DNA of 64,000 nt from contig NC_043013.1 of assembly GCF_006345805.1 (NCBI RefSeq), positions 17,484,001-17,548,000 on the forward strand, given 5' to 3'. Both the position numbers and the translations under genes were made by a program. This DNA is from Octopus sinensis. Taxonomy: Eukaryota. The notes beneath the pieces are model-generated. The model ran no database searches. It was given only the letters and a program-made list of their open reading frames with translations, and was not told where the DNA came from. The first letter of the stretch is position 1, and each line of letters starts with the position of its first letter. Shown here one piece after another: positions 1 through 13,074 of the stretch.

Positions 1-845
1 TATAGGTCACCCTTGAAGTTTCTCAAAATAATCTTCTTGTGATAAATTTTTTGCAACCCTGACCAGAAAGGTACATTGAAAGTGAGGGGAAATAGCTTTT
101 GTATATTTGTATGAGCATAGCTTCATAGTGCTATCGTATTTAGTGGCAGTACTCAGTATTACTGAGACTGGTGAAGAGTTTTACTCTGTATAATAGAATT
201 GGAAATAAAGCAAGCAGTAACGGTAGAAGTTTTCTTATTGGAGTGTTAAGGACGGAGCCACCTTGGTTGGGGAGTGGTGCTGAGATGTTGATCACTCCAC
301 CTAATTTTAAAATAGTTTCTTTGAGTGTCAAATCACGAGAGCTGTGTCACATTGTAGAGACGTCAGAGATTAAAATAACTTTCTAAATGTATTTGTCTAG
401 TCTAGTTTGATGCTTCTATTGTTATCACTTGACATAGTAAAGAAGGATGAGATAAAAGTATTTCATATATGTGATCAACTTGGTGAGTTAAACCAAAAAC
501 TTTCGTCTGTTTTGCAAAAAAATAATTGAGTGGTTTTTATTGGTAAAATGGGTTGACCAAATGATAGTAGTGTGTGGCAGGTCAAATGACAGACCTGTAG
601 AATTGGTAGGCAAGATAACGGTAGATTACAAGTGGCAGGTAAAAGAATAACATATAGAGAAGTTAGTGGGTAGAATGATGGTATGTTGGTTAGTTGAGCA
701 GAAGGCAGTGATCATGGTTTTGTAGAATGGCAAAGTTACAGTGGTTAAGCAGAATTGTAGACTAACAGGTGGTATTGTGTATTTTTGTATTCTGCTTTCA
801 AACACCATTCAAGTCAACTTTGCCTTCCACTTTCTTTCTGAATGT

Positions 846-1043
846 CATCATCATCATCATCGTTTAACGTCTGTTTTCCGTGCTAGCACGGTTTGACCAG
901 GGTCTGGGAAGCCAGGAGGCTGCACCAGGCTCCAGTCTGATATGGCAGTGTTTCTACAGCTGGATGCCCTTCCTAACGCCAACCATTCCGTAAGTGTAGT
1001 GGGTGCCAGGGGAGACTGGCAGTGGCCACGATCGGTTGGTGCT
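846..1043 (-). mobile_element. SINE family A (GCACCCACTACAC..GGAAGGGCATCCAGC..CCAACCCATGCTAGCATGG..(GAT)n tail)
   Basis: Multi-copy sequence across the window; (CAT)n on the + strand marks the tail. Confidence 0.85.
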
Positions 1044-1949
1044 TGATAAAATTTATTTACTGATTAAGTACTGAAGTGAATTAAAATAACCATACCTACC
1101 CTCTACCTAAAATCCACCTTGTTTAACCCATTTCATTAAGATATTTCTGTTGAAATACTCTGCTTTTTTCTCAATTAATTTTGAAAATAATAAATAATAA
1201 AAAATTTTTTAAATAACTCTGACATTATTCATCTGGGGTTTGGAACATAAATTAACATGAAATTTTAAGTTAGATAACTTAAAATCGGAAGTTTGTATTA
1301 TAGGACTAAGGTTTCAGGTGTGTTGGTATCTAAAGGGTTAAAAGCAAACTAACAGGTGGAAAGTAAAGCTCATGTCCCAATTACAATATGCTATGGCTCA
1401 GCAGTAGCTCCAACAAGGGAACTTGTAGTAGTAGTAAATGTAGCATTGTCAAAGATTAAGCCATTTCAATAAATATGTACTTTCAATCAATGTCCTTAAT
1501 CGTCTTTAAATAATGCCTACTCTTTCTTGCTCGCATGGGTCAGGCAGAATTTGTTGAAGTATTTCAATAGCCTGATGCTCTTCCTGTCACCAACACTCGC
1601 TTGTTTCCAAGCAAGGTAATCTTTTCCCCCATGGTTAAACATGTTTTTCAAGAAAGACTAGAAATGAGCACTGCTCATTTGCGACCATCATATGATGGCA
1701 AAACAAGCCCCCCCCCCACACCCACTACAGCTTCTTTCAGTTTCTATCTACCAAATCCACTCACAAATCTTTGGTTGGCCCAGATCTCTAGCAGAAGACA
1801 TGTACCAAAAGAGAAAATTAATAAAAAAAAAAACGGAGAAGGCGTAAGGGAAGCAAGCTCCTTAATCACACTTCTCTAAAATCTTCCAGCTGCAATGGTA
1901 AATACATTAGAAAAGTGGGAACTATCTAATTTCTCAGATATATATTCGA

Positions 1950-2162
1950 GCGAGGTCGTTGCCAGTACTGCTGACTGGTCCTGTGCTGGTGGCACGTAAA
2001 AAGCATTCACTACACTCTTGGAGTGGTTGGCGTTAGGAAGGGCATCCAGCTGTAGAAACTCTGCCAGATCAAGATTGGAGCCTGGTGCAGCCATCTGGCT
2101 CACCTCAGTCAAAATCATCCAACCCATGCTTCCATGGAAAGCTGATGTTAAATGATGATGAT
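1950..2162 (+). mobile_element. SINE family A copy
   Basis: Same body and (GAT)n tail. Confidence 0.85.
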
Positions 2163-2702
2163 ATTTTTTCCAAGTTCTCTTAGATTTTAGTTTAGCAAAA
2201 TATTTAGAAATTCATAGGTAAATGTTAACCAGAATGTTTCCACTTGCTTGTTGAGCAGAAATGACAGGTGAGCTTATGAAAAGAGTATTGAAGTTATTGC
2301 TGATTAAGATTTTCCTCAGGAAGAATGAAATGCCCATTAATACAGGAGAATAAGTGAGCAAGCATTGACAGTTATGAAGTTGTGTCAGATAAACAAAAAG
2401 TTGGTTATAAAATGGTGTTTTTATGTTGTGCAGATGAGCTAAAAATAACTCCAGCATGAACAGAGGTGCTGACTGAAGGCTCAGCTGACTTCAGTTGTAA
2501 TAAGGTCAGGTGTGTTGGAAATGATAGATCATGCCATTAACATATGCTGTAGGTAAAGTTGTAATTTGTTTTAGATTATCATTTAGACATTACACAATTG
2601 CTATGAAGAAAATCTTAATGTTGATTTGCTAAAAGGTGGTGAGCTAGCAGAATCATTACTGCAACGAAAAAAAAATGTTTAGTGGTATTTCTTCTGACTT
2701 TA

Positions 2703-3085
2703 AGGTGGCGAACTGGCAGAAACATTAGCATGCCGGGCGAAATGCTTTGTGGTATTTCGTCTGCCACTGCGCTCTGAGTTCAAATTCCGCCGAAGTCAAC
2801 TTTGCCTTTCAGCCTTTCGGGGTCAATAAATTAAGCACCAGTTACGCACTGGGGTCGATATAATCGACTTAATCCGTTTGTCCGCTCTGTGTTTAGCCCC
2901 TTGTGGGTAGTAAAGAATTATGTATTTCTTCTGATTTTACATTTTGAGTTCAAATTCCACCAAGGTTGACTTTGCCTTTTATCCTTTCAGGGTCAATAAA
3001 TTAAGTACCAGTTGAACACTGGGGTTGATGTAATCAACTTACTCCTTTCCTTGATATTGGTGGCCTTATGCCACAATTTGAAATC
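2703..3085 (+). mobile_element. SINE family B, two adjacent copies (tRNA-like head plus GCCTTTCATCCTTTCGGGGTCRATAAATTAAGTACCAG central domain, probably the Nin domain)
   Basis: A-box/B-box-like TGGCAGAA..TTAG and GAGTTCAAATTCC. The Nin assignment is from memory of the consensus and was not checked. Confidence 0.75.
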
Positions 3086-5385
3086 TATATTAATTTAAGA
3101 CAAAGCAAGAGTTAGATGCCAGTATGACTATGTGGTTAAGAAGTCCATTTTGTAGATGGGTTTAGTCTTGCTGTGTATCACTGTGGGCATGTGTCTTCTA
3201 CCATATTCCCAAGCTGACTAAAGCCTTGTGGGAGGATTTTGTAGATGAAAACTGAAAAAGACCCATCATATCTGCTGGTGCACATAAAAGCACTGGTGAT
3301 GGTGCCATGTAAAAAGCACCTGTTACACTCTGTAAAGTGGTTGGTATTAGAAAGGGCATCCAGCTGTAGAAACCAAGCCAAAACAGACTATGGAACCTGG
3401 TATGGCCTGTGGCTTTGCCAGTTGCTGGCAAGCTGCTCAACTTGTGCAAGTATGTCACAACATACTCTTGCCTGACCCATGATAAAGTAACTTTGTAAAA
3501 AGATGACTTGGTAGATTTCAAAATTTGGTGATCAATAACCAGAACAGCAGAAGTTTTGGTTATTGTAGCCAAAGCGACCAAATCGTTTTATAATGCAGCT
3601 GATTCAAGAACAAAAGGGAACCAAATACTGAAATGTGATTTCTAATGAATCATTATAAGCCTCCGCATTTACAACTAGGGCCTTTGTAAATTTTTAGAGA
3701 AGTTCCAAAAATGATAGTCCAGATCAAATGTGTCTGACAAATGATTTGAATAGTAAGTTGTGAAGTTAGGTGTTTAACTGGTTTCATATTAAGATCCATT
3801 CTCTTTCTCTCTCTTTTGCCCCCCCCCCCTCTCACCCTCCCTCCCACACACACACATACACAAACTCTTGTTATGAATGTTCTGTTGTTTTCTATTTACT
3901 AGAGAATAAACAAAGCTTTGTAGAAATCTTTCATTTCAACAACGTCCTGTTAGGAATAATATATTACTGTCATGTAATTTCTGCTTCGACAGTGCTGACA
4001 CAGCTACATACGAGTTTGCTGACTTGAGGGTAGATAAGGATAGGGGGAGGGGAGGGGGCTTTTATCCAATTGCGTCTTTATTGACAACTTCTAATCCATT
4101 CTGTGTCATAGATGTATGTGTACATACACACACACATGCATATATAATGTGCCTCACTAGTGTCATTGCTATGAAAAGAAAAAATGCACCCAGTACACTC
4201 TGTAAAGTGGTTAGCATTAGGAATGGCATCCACCCTTAGAACCCCTATCAAGACAGACGTAGGAGCTTGATGCAGTCCTCTGGCTTATTGATTCCTGTTG
4301 AACAGTCAAATCCATACTAGCATAGAAAACGAAAGTTCTATGTTAGTCAATAATGATGAATACACAAACTTGGAAAAACAAATGTGTTCTGATTTCTTCT
4401 TTTATTTATATATATATATATAATAATATTAGGGAGTAAATCCAAACTTACAGGGAAAAATTAGATTTAGGATTAAATCTAATTTTATAGTATAAATATG
4501 TATATTAAATTAGAGATAAAACCACTGTTAGGCAAATCAAACAGTGAAAATCATAAACCAATACATAGAAATAAAATTAATTAATAAAAAATATATAAAA
4601 TATAAAATTCCATGCCTGCATGGGTCAGACAGTTTCATCATCATCATAACCTGCAAGATTAGGGATGCTCAGCTGATGAGCATTGCTAGGAACAGTCCTG
4701 TATGCAAGGGCAACCACACATTTACTTAGCTTGACATGTCTTTTCAAGCACAGCAAACCGCCAGGGATCTCAGTCACCTGCCATCCCCGTTGAGTCCCAA
4801 TGTTTATTGAAGTAAATTCTCTATGGCCAGATGCCCTTCCTCTTGCCAACCCTCAACTGGTTTCCAAGCAAGATAATATTTTCCTAAGGCTAGACATGTT
4901 CTCACAGTGTATTGGAAATGAAGGATACTACTTGTATGTCAGTGACAATCATTTATAAATTACACAGTCAAATCAAGGAGAGGCACATAGATGCTCACAC
5001 ACGCATGTACGTGCGCACACACACACACACGCTTGCACATATGATGCGCTTCTTTCAGTTTCCATTTACCAAATCAACTCTCAAGGCTTTTGGTGGTGCA
5101 GGACTGCTGCACAGTGGGATTGGATCCAGAACCATGTGGTTGGGAAGCAAAGTTCTTACCACCCACCCATGCAATATATATATATTTTTTTTTTTTTGAG
5201 AAGTGTACTTGCTGAGCAAGTGATTTGATATGAGACTGTGTGTCTAAAGCTAAATCAATTATATTGTGGAAGACACCCACATATTAGCCATTCAAGAACA
5301 TAAACTTCACTCAAATATTTGGTGTCAAAATTTTCATCACAGCAGCTATGACCTGGTCTTTGACATGATTCCACTGCAACATGTC

Positions 5386-5762
5386 ATCATCATCATTTAA
5401 TGTCTGTTGTCCATGCTGACATAAGTTGGATGGTTTGATCAAGGCTGGTGAGCTGGATGCCCTACCTAATGCCATCCACACCTAGAGTGTAATGGGTGCT
5501 TTTATGTGCCATTTGCATGACACCAGTATCTGCCACAACTGCAATTTCGCTTGGCTTGATGGATCTTCTCAAGCACAACATAATACCAAAAGTCTCAGTC
5601 ATTGCCTCTGTGAGGCCTAACACTTGAAAGGAACTCAGCCACTGTGCCTCTCTGAGGCCCAATGCTCAAAAGGAACTCAACCACTTTGCTTCTGTGAGGC
5701 CCGTCGCTCGAAAGGAACTTGGCCACTTTGCCTCTTTGAGGCCCAACGTTTGAAAGGAACTC
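5386..5762 (-). mobile_element. SINE family A variant carrying a 42-bp tandem repeat (5604-5762, ~3.8 copies)
   Basis: Unit GCCTCTGTGAGGCCCAA..CT.GAAAGGAACTCAGCCACTTT starts at 5604, 5646, 5688 and 5730. Confidence 0.7.
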
Positions 5763-6695
5763 TTGTCATTGTTTAATGCCCACTATTCTATGTTTTGCAT
5801 GGGTTGGACAAAGGTTGAAGTAGATTTTCAATTGACAGATGCTCTTTCTGTTCCCAACCCTCACCTAGTTCCCAGCAAGGTAATATTTCTCCATGGCCAT
5901 GCATGTTCTTACTGAATTTTGGAAATAACTCTGCTTGTGTGACTGTGACTCTCATTTAAACTATCATGCAATGTCAAGACACACACATGCCAGGCTTCTT
6001 TCACTTTCCATCTACCACATAGACTAAACAAGTGCACCTTCCATATGGACATCTTAAGTATATATGGCAGAATTCTTTCACTTAATTTAATTAGATTTAT
6101 ATTTATTTAATATCTTTTAATACATAGATGAAGTTGTATTAAAACACTAAGATATACTTTGACCTTGTTTTGTCCTGGAACTAAGGTCTACATGAGATCA
6201 GATACAAAGTAAATTTCAGAGCCATATCAAATTTCAACATCTCCCCCCTTCACTTTCCTTTTGTATCTTAAACCAAAGTAAAATAAATAAGTTAGCCATG
6301 CTTAAATAAATTCAGTTTGCTTTGGACCACACTTATAGAAAGACTGTGAATAGAGGTGCATAGCAGAATATTGCAGGTTACATGTGCAACTGCATATTCT
6401 CTATGCAGCAGAAACACGTGTTGGTCATTTTAACCAATTATGCTGTATAATTGACTGTTAAAATTAAAAGAAAAGTTTGTGAAGATGTACCAGTTTCTAT
6501 ATATTTTGTGATTGTTTTGGATTTGCACTCCAGAAAATATAATCCAGTGAAGCAAACCTGGATTTACTTATCAGAAGAATTACAGTGGGATTGCTCACCC
6601 TAAGCAATCCTTGGTGCTTCTTATTGATGCAGTTAACTAGAACCTGGACTATACCCGAGAGCTCTTATGGTACCTGTTTGGATGATTTATCCCTT

Positions 6696-7024
6696 GGCTT
6701 CCGTGCCGGTGGCATGTAAAAGGCACCATTCAAGCATGATCGTTACCAGTGTCGCCTTACTGGCACCTGTGCCGGTGGCATGTGTAAAAAGATTCGAGCA
6801 AGGTCATTGCCAGTACCACCTGACTGGTCCCCGTGCTAGTGGCACGTAAAAAGGCACCCACTACACTCTCAGAGTGGTTGGCGTTAGGAAGGGCATCCAG
6901 CTGTAGAAACTCTGCCAGATCAAGATTGGAGCCTGGTGCAGCCATCTGGTTCACCAGCCCTCAGTCAAAATCGTCCAACCCATGCTAGCATGGAAAATAA
7001 ATGTTAAATGATAATGATGATGAT
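6696..7024 (+). mobile_element. SINE family A copy with internal GTGCCGGTGGCAYGTAAAA modules
   Basis: Body and tail match the other copies. Confidence 0.88.
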
Positions 7025-7721
7025 ACTCATTGTGTGTGTGTATAGATATATAAAATCATTCATTTTGCTTAGCTGACATGGCTTTCATGAGAAGTAATTG
7101 AATCAAGATTTTTAGAACCAAAGGCTCTTTCTGTCTCCAACCCTTACCCCCTTTTTTTAAAAAAGGGATTTTATATTGCAGAGGAATTTGAAAGCACAGA
7201 TCTAGCGAATAATTTTTTGATAGGAAATATCAACAAGTATTGTTATTGTTTGTAGCTGAGCTGCAAATGATTTCACTGTTTACAACCATTATTCAATGCA
7301 GGTTGTAAGCACACACGTATGTGCAGAAATTCCTCACAAGACATTGGTTGTCCCAGGGCTGTAGTAGTAGATGATACTTGCCCAAGGTACTATGCAGAGG
7401 GAGATTAACAAATTGAATTTAGCAAAAACAGGTCAACTTTGTCTTTCACCCTTTTGGGGTCAATAAAGTATCAGTCGTGTACTGGGATCACTTCACTCTC
7501 TCTCTCTGGATTGTACCATTAATTCCAGGGTTCGCTCTTTTCACATTGTGTTATGCTGATTTGGCGTGAGACCTGTGTTAAGAGTATAGCGTGTCTGTGA
7601 TTTGAAGGGGTCTTCTACATCAATGGATCAAATTCATTTTGCTGCATTGGCTGGATTGAAATATACTAGATCTTGTAGGCCAGAGGGGGACAAATATTTT
7701 TAAAAACTCTGTGTAGTATTT

Positions 7722-7809
7722 AGTAATGCTATGATGGACCGTGAAGTCTGGCGCAACATAGTAAATTCCATTGTCTCGACCACGGTCGAACAATGATGAT
7801 GATGATGAT
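7722..7809 (+). mobile_element. 3' end of an RTE-clade LINE
   Basis: AMMDREVWRNIVNSIVSTTVEQ-stop followed by a (TGA)n tail. Confidence 0.65.
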
Positions 7810-8204
7810 TTAGTAACAGCACATTAAATTCTGATTTCTAATCCCCACTTAAGTCACCTTTACTTTTCAGCCTGTGTGTTGATAAAATTGGTAGAATAAT
7901 GAACAGAATAGTGGTGGATTGCCAGGATTACTAGTGTCCAGTGTCAAAACGATGGGAAATTAGTAGACAGATAAAATATCAACGGTTTAGCAGAATTGGT
8001 AGAGCTATAGACAATACAGGTTGTGGTACCTAATTTATATCTTTTTAGGTTCTGTTTTCAAGTCCCACTGAGATCAACTTTGCCTTTCATCCTTCTGGAT
8101 AAAATGTATTTACTGAGTACTTGGAGTACTTAAATAACCATAGCTACCCTCTGCCGAAATTTGCATTTGTATGTGTGCCCCAAACCACTCAATATTAGAA
8201 TGAA

Positions 8205-8422
8205 TTAAGGCAGTGAGTTGGCAGAATTGATAGCACACCAGGCAAAATGCTTAGCAATATTATGTCTGTCTTTGTTCTGAGATCAAATTTCACTGATGTC
8301 AACTTTACCTTTCATCCCTTTTGGAGTTGATAAAATAAGTACGAATTCAGCACTGGAGTTGACGTTATCAACTTAACTCCCTCCCCCGACATTGCTGGCA
8401 TTGTGCCAAAATTTGAAATCAA
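8205..8422 (+). mobile_element. SINE family B copy
   Basis: Matches 2703-2918. Confidence 0.75.
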
Positions 8423-8530
8423 TTTTTAAAAATCATTATTACTATTGTCTGTTCATAGGAATTGAATACCTTAACATAATTTCTGAAATTTAATATTCTG
8501 AAGTTTAATTTCTACATTTTGATATTTCAG

Positions 8531-8695
8531 ACTGTTTCAGCTCCTGCAATAGACACTTCAGATATGGATCCAGAACTTGCTCGTTACCTTAACCGAAATT
8601 ACTGGCAGCAAAGGTCAGAACAGAGTGCAACAACACCTTCTGCTCCCATTGCTACCGCAGAACCAAAGACAACGATTATGAAGACACATGAAATG
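8531..8695 (+). CDS. HGS: HGS/Hrs internal exon (first seen in window): TVSAPAIDTSDMDPELARYLNRNYWQQ...TTPSAP...KTHEM
   Basis: The peptide DPELARYLNRNYW and the PSAP motif match Hrs. Acceptor tttcag at 8525-8530 and donor GTACGG at 8696 (phase 0). An alternative AG at 8539-8540 cannot be excluded because the upstream exon is not visible. Confidence 0.9.
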
Positions 8696-9001
8696 GTACG
8701 GAAACATTAACTGATATTCTTGCATTCATTTCTTCTTTTATTTGTTTCAGGCTTTGGACTTCAGCCATGATCAGACATGGATTATGTCACTGCTACCTGC
8801 TCCTGTACTTATTTTATCGATTTCTGGAGTATGGGTGTCAATGTCACTTTATAAATCTAACCAAATATCATAAGATATTTTGTACACCATTCAACTATTG
8901 GTTTTGCCATCCTCCATCACTATACACACACATGCACACTTGAAGCAAAAGTTTTCTATCATTGCTATTCTGAGTTTTGTTCTCCATTTGTCAGCAGAAG
9001 T

Positions 9002-9240
9002 ACATCATCATCATCGTTTAACGTCCGTTTTCCGTGCTAGTACGGGTTGGACGGTTCAACCAGGGTCTGGGAAGCCCGGAGGCTGCACCAGGCTCCAGTC
9101 TGATCTAGCAGTGTTTCTACAGCTGGATGCCCTTCCTAACGCCAACCACTCTGTGAGTGTAGTGGGTGCTTTTTACGTGCCACCAGCACAGGTGCCAGGG
9201 GAGGCTGGCAACAGCCATGATCAGTTGGTGCTTTTTACGT
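9002..9240 (-). mobile_element. SINE family A copy
   Basis: Reverse-complement match to 6840-7024. Confidence 0.88.
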
Positions 9241-9640
9241 ACAGTACAGTTGCTTGTAAATTAACTCTGATTGCCTTAGCAAACACACGGACACAAAACT
9301 CAAAGTAGCAATGAATAGCAGCTTCAGTTTCAAATGTAATTTCTTCCATGGTTTTTACCATTTTCCTTTCCTCTGATTTGTGAATTTAGATAATGTGTAG
9401 ATTGATAAACATTCATACATAGTTTCTGTCCACCAGATTTCATTCACAAAGCTTTGACTGATCCAAGTCTGTGATAGAATATTACCGAAAGTCAAATCTG
9501 GGATCATGTAGTTGCAAAACGAATTTCGTTACACCTACATGGAATATTTTTAATTTATTTGGGTTTGATATTGTTTAAGGAACAAAACAAGTGTTATTTA
9601 GACATTGTAATAGTTGCATTGGGTTGCTGATTTTGGTATC

Positions 9641-9693
<53 letters not shown>

Positions 9694-9959
9694 CTCTCAA
9701 GGGAAGTCTCTGGCAACCATAAAAGGGGTGATACTGCTATGCACAGGGAGGATGAGGTTAGGAACTGTACAGTGTGGCCCTTGGACGTGAGCTGTGTAAC
9801 TTGCAGTTACGAACATTCGATATCTTTTCTAATGAGTGAAATACAACTTATGGCAACAAGGATGAGATCTGGAAAATATTTAAACTTGAACCAACATGGA
9901 AAAAGCTAATGCCTGGCTGATACAGTTCAAAGCAAAACTGATAGTTCATATCTATAGGT

Positions 9960-11190
9960 TGTTGGATCAATCCGAGTGATATTCAAACTCAACAACACTG
10001 AGCCATGTAAATTTATTGTGGTAGACAGCCCATAGTTTTTGGGGCTGATTGAAAATGATTATTAAAGACAGTTCATTTTGTTTCGACTTGAACATTACTA
10101 GTAGCGAAGCAAAATTGACAAGCTGAGAAAATGTGGTAATTGCATGGCTAACCAAGGTGCAGTTCTTCATTAACAAAGAAAAGTCATTTCCCAGAAGAAG
10201 AAATTTGATTTTCTTAGGAATTAACATATCTGAAGAGGGTATTTCTCCTTCTCAGGAATTGGTAACAAAACTAAAGGACATACAAGTACCAAAATTGAAG
10301 GAAAATATTGACAAAATATTGGGTCTGATGAATTACTACAGATTTGTCCCAGCATATGCTGAAAATGTAAAACCACTCATCAGCTAGGTCTAAAGAATTT
10401 AAGTGGGATAAAGAGCAAGATAAGGCCTTCCGTATGTTTATCACTCATCTTTCGGAGGCTCCAGTTTTGCAGCTGTACTCAATAGAGAAGCACTCTCACT
10501 GTAGATGCATTCTTGATTGCAGTAGCAGGGGTGTTGTCCCAGGAAGGAGACCCAGTAACATTCATAAGCCACACGTTTAGCCAGGCACAATGAAAGTGGT
10601 TGAACAGAGAGAGAGAGGCTTAAACAGTGGTATGGTACATAGATAGACTGCAGCATTTCCTTCTAGGAAAGCAGTTTTATTTGGAAACAGATAGCCAGCC
10701 TTTAAAAACCCTGTTTGTGAAGGCTTTAGATGTATCTTGACGTACTTCACAAAAATATGGCCAGATGGAGTTTGATTCTATCACAGGATGATTTCGTTGT
10801 TAAGCATGTTCTGTGTAAAAGTATTCCACATGTTGATGCCCTTTGTTTGATTGAGGTATAATGAGACTAATGATGATGATATAATTATCTTTGCTTCACA
10901 TTTAGACAAGTGCGATAGTGCATAGCAGGACATTGATCCTGTAATGATGGAAGGTATCTGAAAACAACTAAATGCAAGTGCATTATATAACAAAATAAAT
11001 GAAAGAGTTTTACTACAAAATTGGAGATTGGTCTCAAATCTGGAATGTGCATTTGTTAAAGAGGAGGATTTTCTAACATGGAAAAATGGCTTAATGTATC
11101 ATGAAAATCATCTGTTTATTCCAGCACTTTAGAAAGCTGCAGTATTAGGTAAAATACACAACACACACATGGGCATTCAACAAACAGTTG
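9960..11190 (+). mobile_element. Degenerate Ty3/Gypsy LTR-retrotransposon pol remnant (RT thumb, RNase H, start of integrase Zn finger) in an HGS intron
   Basis: FLGINISEEGISP...ILGLMNYYRFVPAYAENVKPL (RT); with frameshifts/stops TVDAFLIAVAGVLSQ...FISHTFSQAQ...ERE...FLLGKQFYLETDSQPL (RNase H); HVDAL; KIHNTHMGIQQT (integrase HH). Confidence 0.85.
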
Positions 11191-11403
11191 TTGGTGTCAC
11201 ACCTACCTGGTTGCCTTAGCAACTCAGTTCATATTTTCGGCCACTAAACATTTACAGCTACCTACCAGTTATATGAATCCTTAATTTTTTTTTTTTTGTG
11301 GAAAGATTAATTTCGATTTTCTTTTCCTCCTGGTTCCAGCTGATTGTATGGAGGTACCTCAATATTATTTTTTAATATTTTTCCAATTTGTTTGTCTTTT
11401 CAG

Positions 11404-11605
11404 AATGGGGATATTGACATTGACCAACAACAATTCTTGGGTGCTCTACAGAGCAGTGTTGAGATATTTGTCAATCGTATGCGCAGTAATTCGATGAGAG
11501 GTCGGAGCATAACCAACGACACCTCTGTGCAATCCCTTTTCAATGTCATAAGCAACATGCACCCACAGTTGCTGAAATATATTCAAGAGCAAGAAGATGC
11601 CCGAA
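11404..11605 (+). CDS. HGS: HGS/Hrs exon, start of the GAT/helical core (NGDIDIDQQQFLGALQSSVEIFVNRMRSNSMRGRSITNDTSVQSLF...EDAR)
   Basis: FVNRMxSNxMRGRSITND is an Hrs signature. Acceptor tttcag ends at 11403; donor GTAAGT at 11606 (phase 1); in frame with the previous exon. Confidence 0.96.
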
Positions 11606-11814
11606 GTAAGTTGCACAACAAGGCCAAGGTGTCAGCTGATCAAACTGGAGGATCTAGTGTCCAGGGGTTCAAGCTGTCTCTCTGGCCAACATACTTAACT
11701 CTTGCTAGCACATAATTCACACACGCATACACATATTCACTATGTATGCACACACGCGCTCACATATCTATATATCATCTAATGCCCATCTTCCATACTG
11801 GCATGTATTGGACT

Positions 11815-11942
<128 letters not shown>

Positions 11943-13074
11943 AGAGAGAGAGAGAGCAATAAGAAAATGGAAGGGATCAATAGGTGGTTCATCGACTTAT
12001 AAGATATAAAATATATTAATATATAAAGATACCAGTAATTATTACAATATAACATACATGAATATAAATTGGGAATATACACATACACACTATCACACTG
12101 GTATTTATTTTAATTATACATGTATGTGTGTATATATTATATCATATCACAATATGAGTTGTTGGTTACAGATTTCCAGTTGACCAATTGCTAGTTCACT
12201 ACATTCCCATCAGCAAGAATGACAAGGGAGTGTCTGTAACTCAGTGCAGAACTCTGCATTGATGAGTAAGTTCAGAAACCAGTTTTCCAGTGTCCGTGTT
12301 AATGTTTACATCCTTCAGCAGTACATATCACCAAAAGATATATGCATATGCATCTGTCATCACTCCATCTCCTGGCTGACACAGACATCTGTTATCTGTT
12401 TGTTGTCTGTCACATTGCGTTGCTTTGAATATACTCACCTGAGAGTGTTTTTCATTGCATTAGTACCCGTGAGGTCACTATGCAGGTTACAAGACTACAA
12501 ATTCCAAAGGGAGGCAGTTTTAAGATAGATGAGAGGTAAGATAGGCAAGGACCAGAGTAGAGCAGGCTTCATGTAGTAGAAGGGCTACATGGCTCCTCAC
12601 ATTTCAGAAGAGAGGGTAAGAGTAATTAGGAAGGGGAGTTGGAGAGGTAAAATTGTGGTGATGTGTCAGGATTGATCTTCAAGTTATGAAATGAGTAAAA
12701 GTCAGTGGGGACCAGACCAGGGACTGTGGATGGGTAGAGGTTGCAAAAATGTACAGAAGTGTTGGAGATAGAAAGAGATGGAGAAGTGAAGGGTAGAGTA
12801 TAATGAATGAAGAGCAAGCATTGAGGGATGGTAAGTAGGGGAGAGTAGGTGACAACTGTTGAGATTATGTAAGGTTGAGGGGTGGATACAGTGATTGGGA
12901 GATAAGACTTATGAAAATTCTTCCTCTAATAATTTTACCATATATAAAATAAAGTTCTAGAAACATAAAATTGCACAAGTGCTTTATAATGACTTTGTAT
13001 AAAATATATGTATCACCCACACTGTTCTGACATTTTTCTGTACTAGAATGTGCTGCGTGAGTCTTTATATCATA

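Noticed and set aside
1-8500. Search for upstream HGS exons (VHS, FYVE, UIM)
   Set aside because: No EEEELQLALALS-like or FYVE R(R/K)HHCR motif was seen by eye in any frame; the exons are probably upstream of the window, though a very short exon could have been missed.
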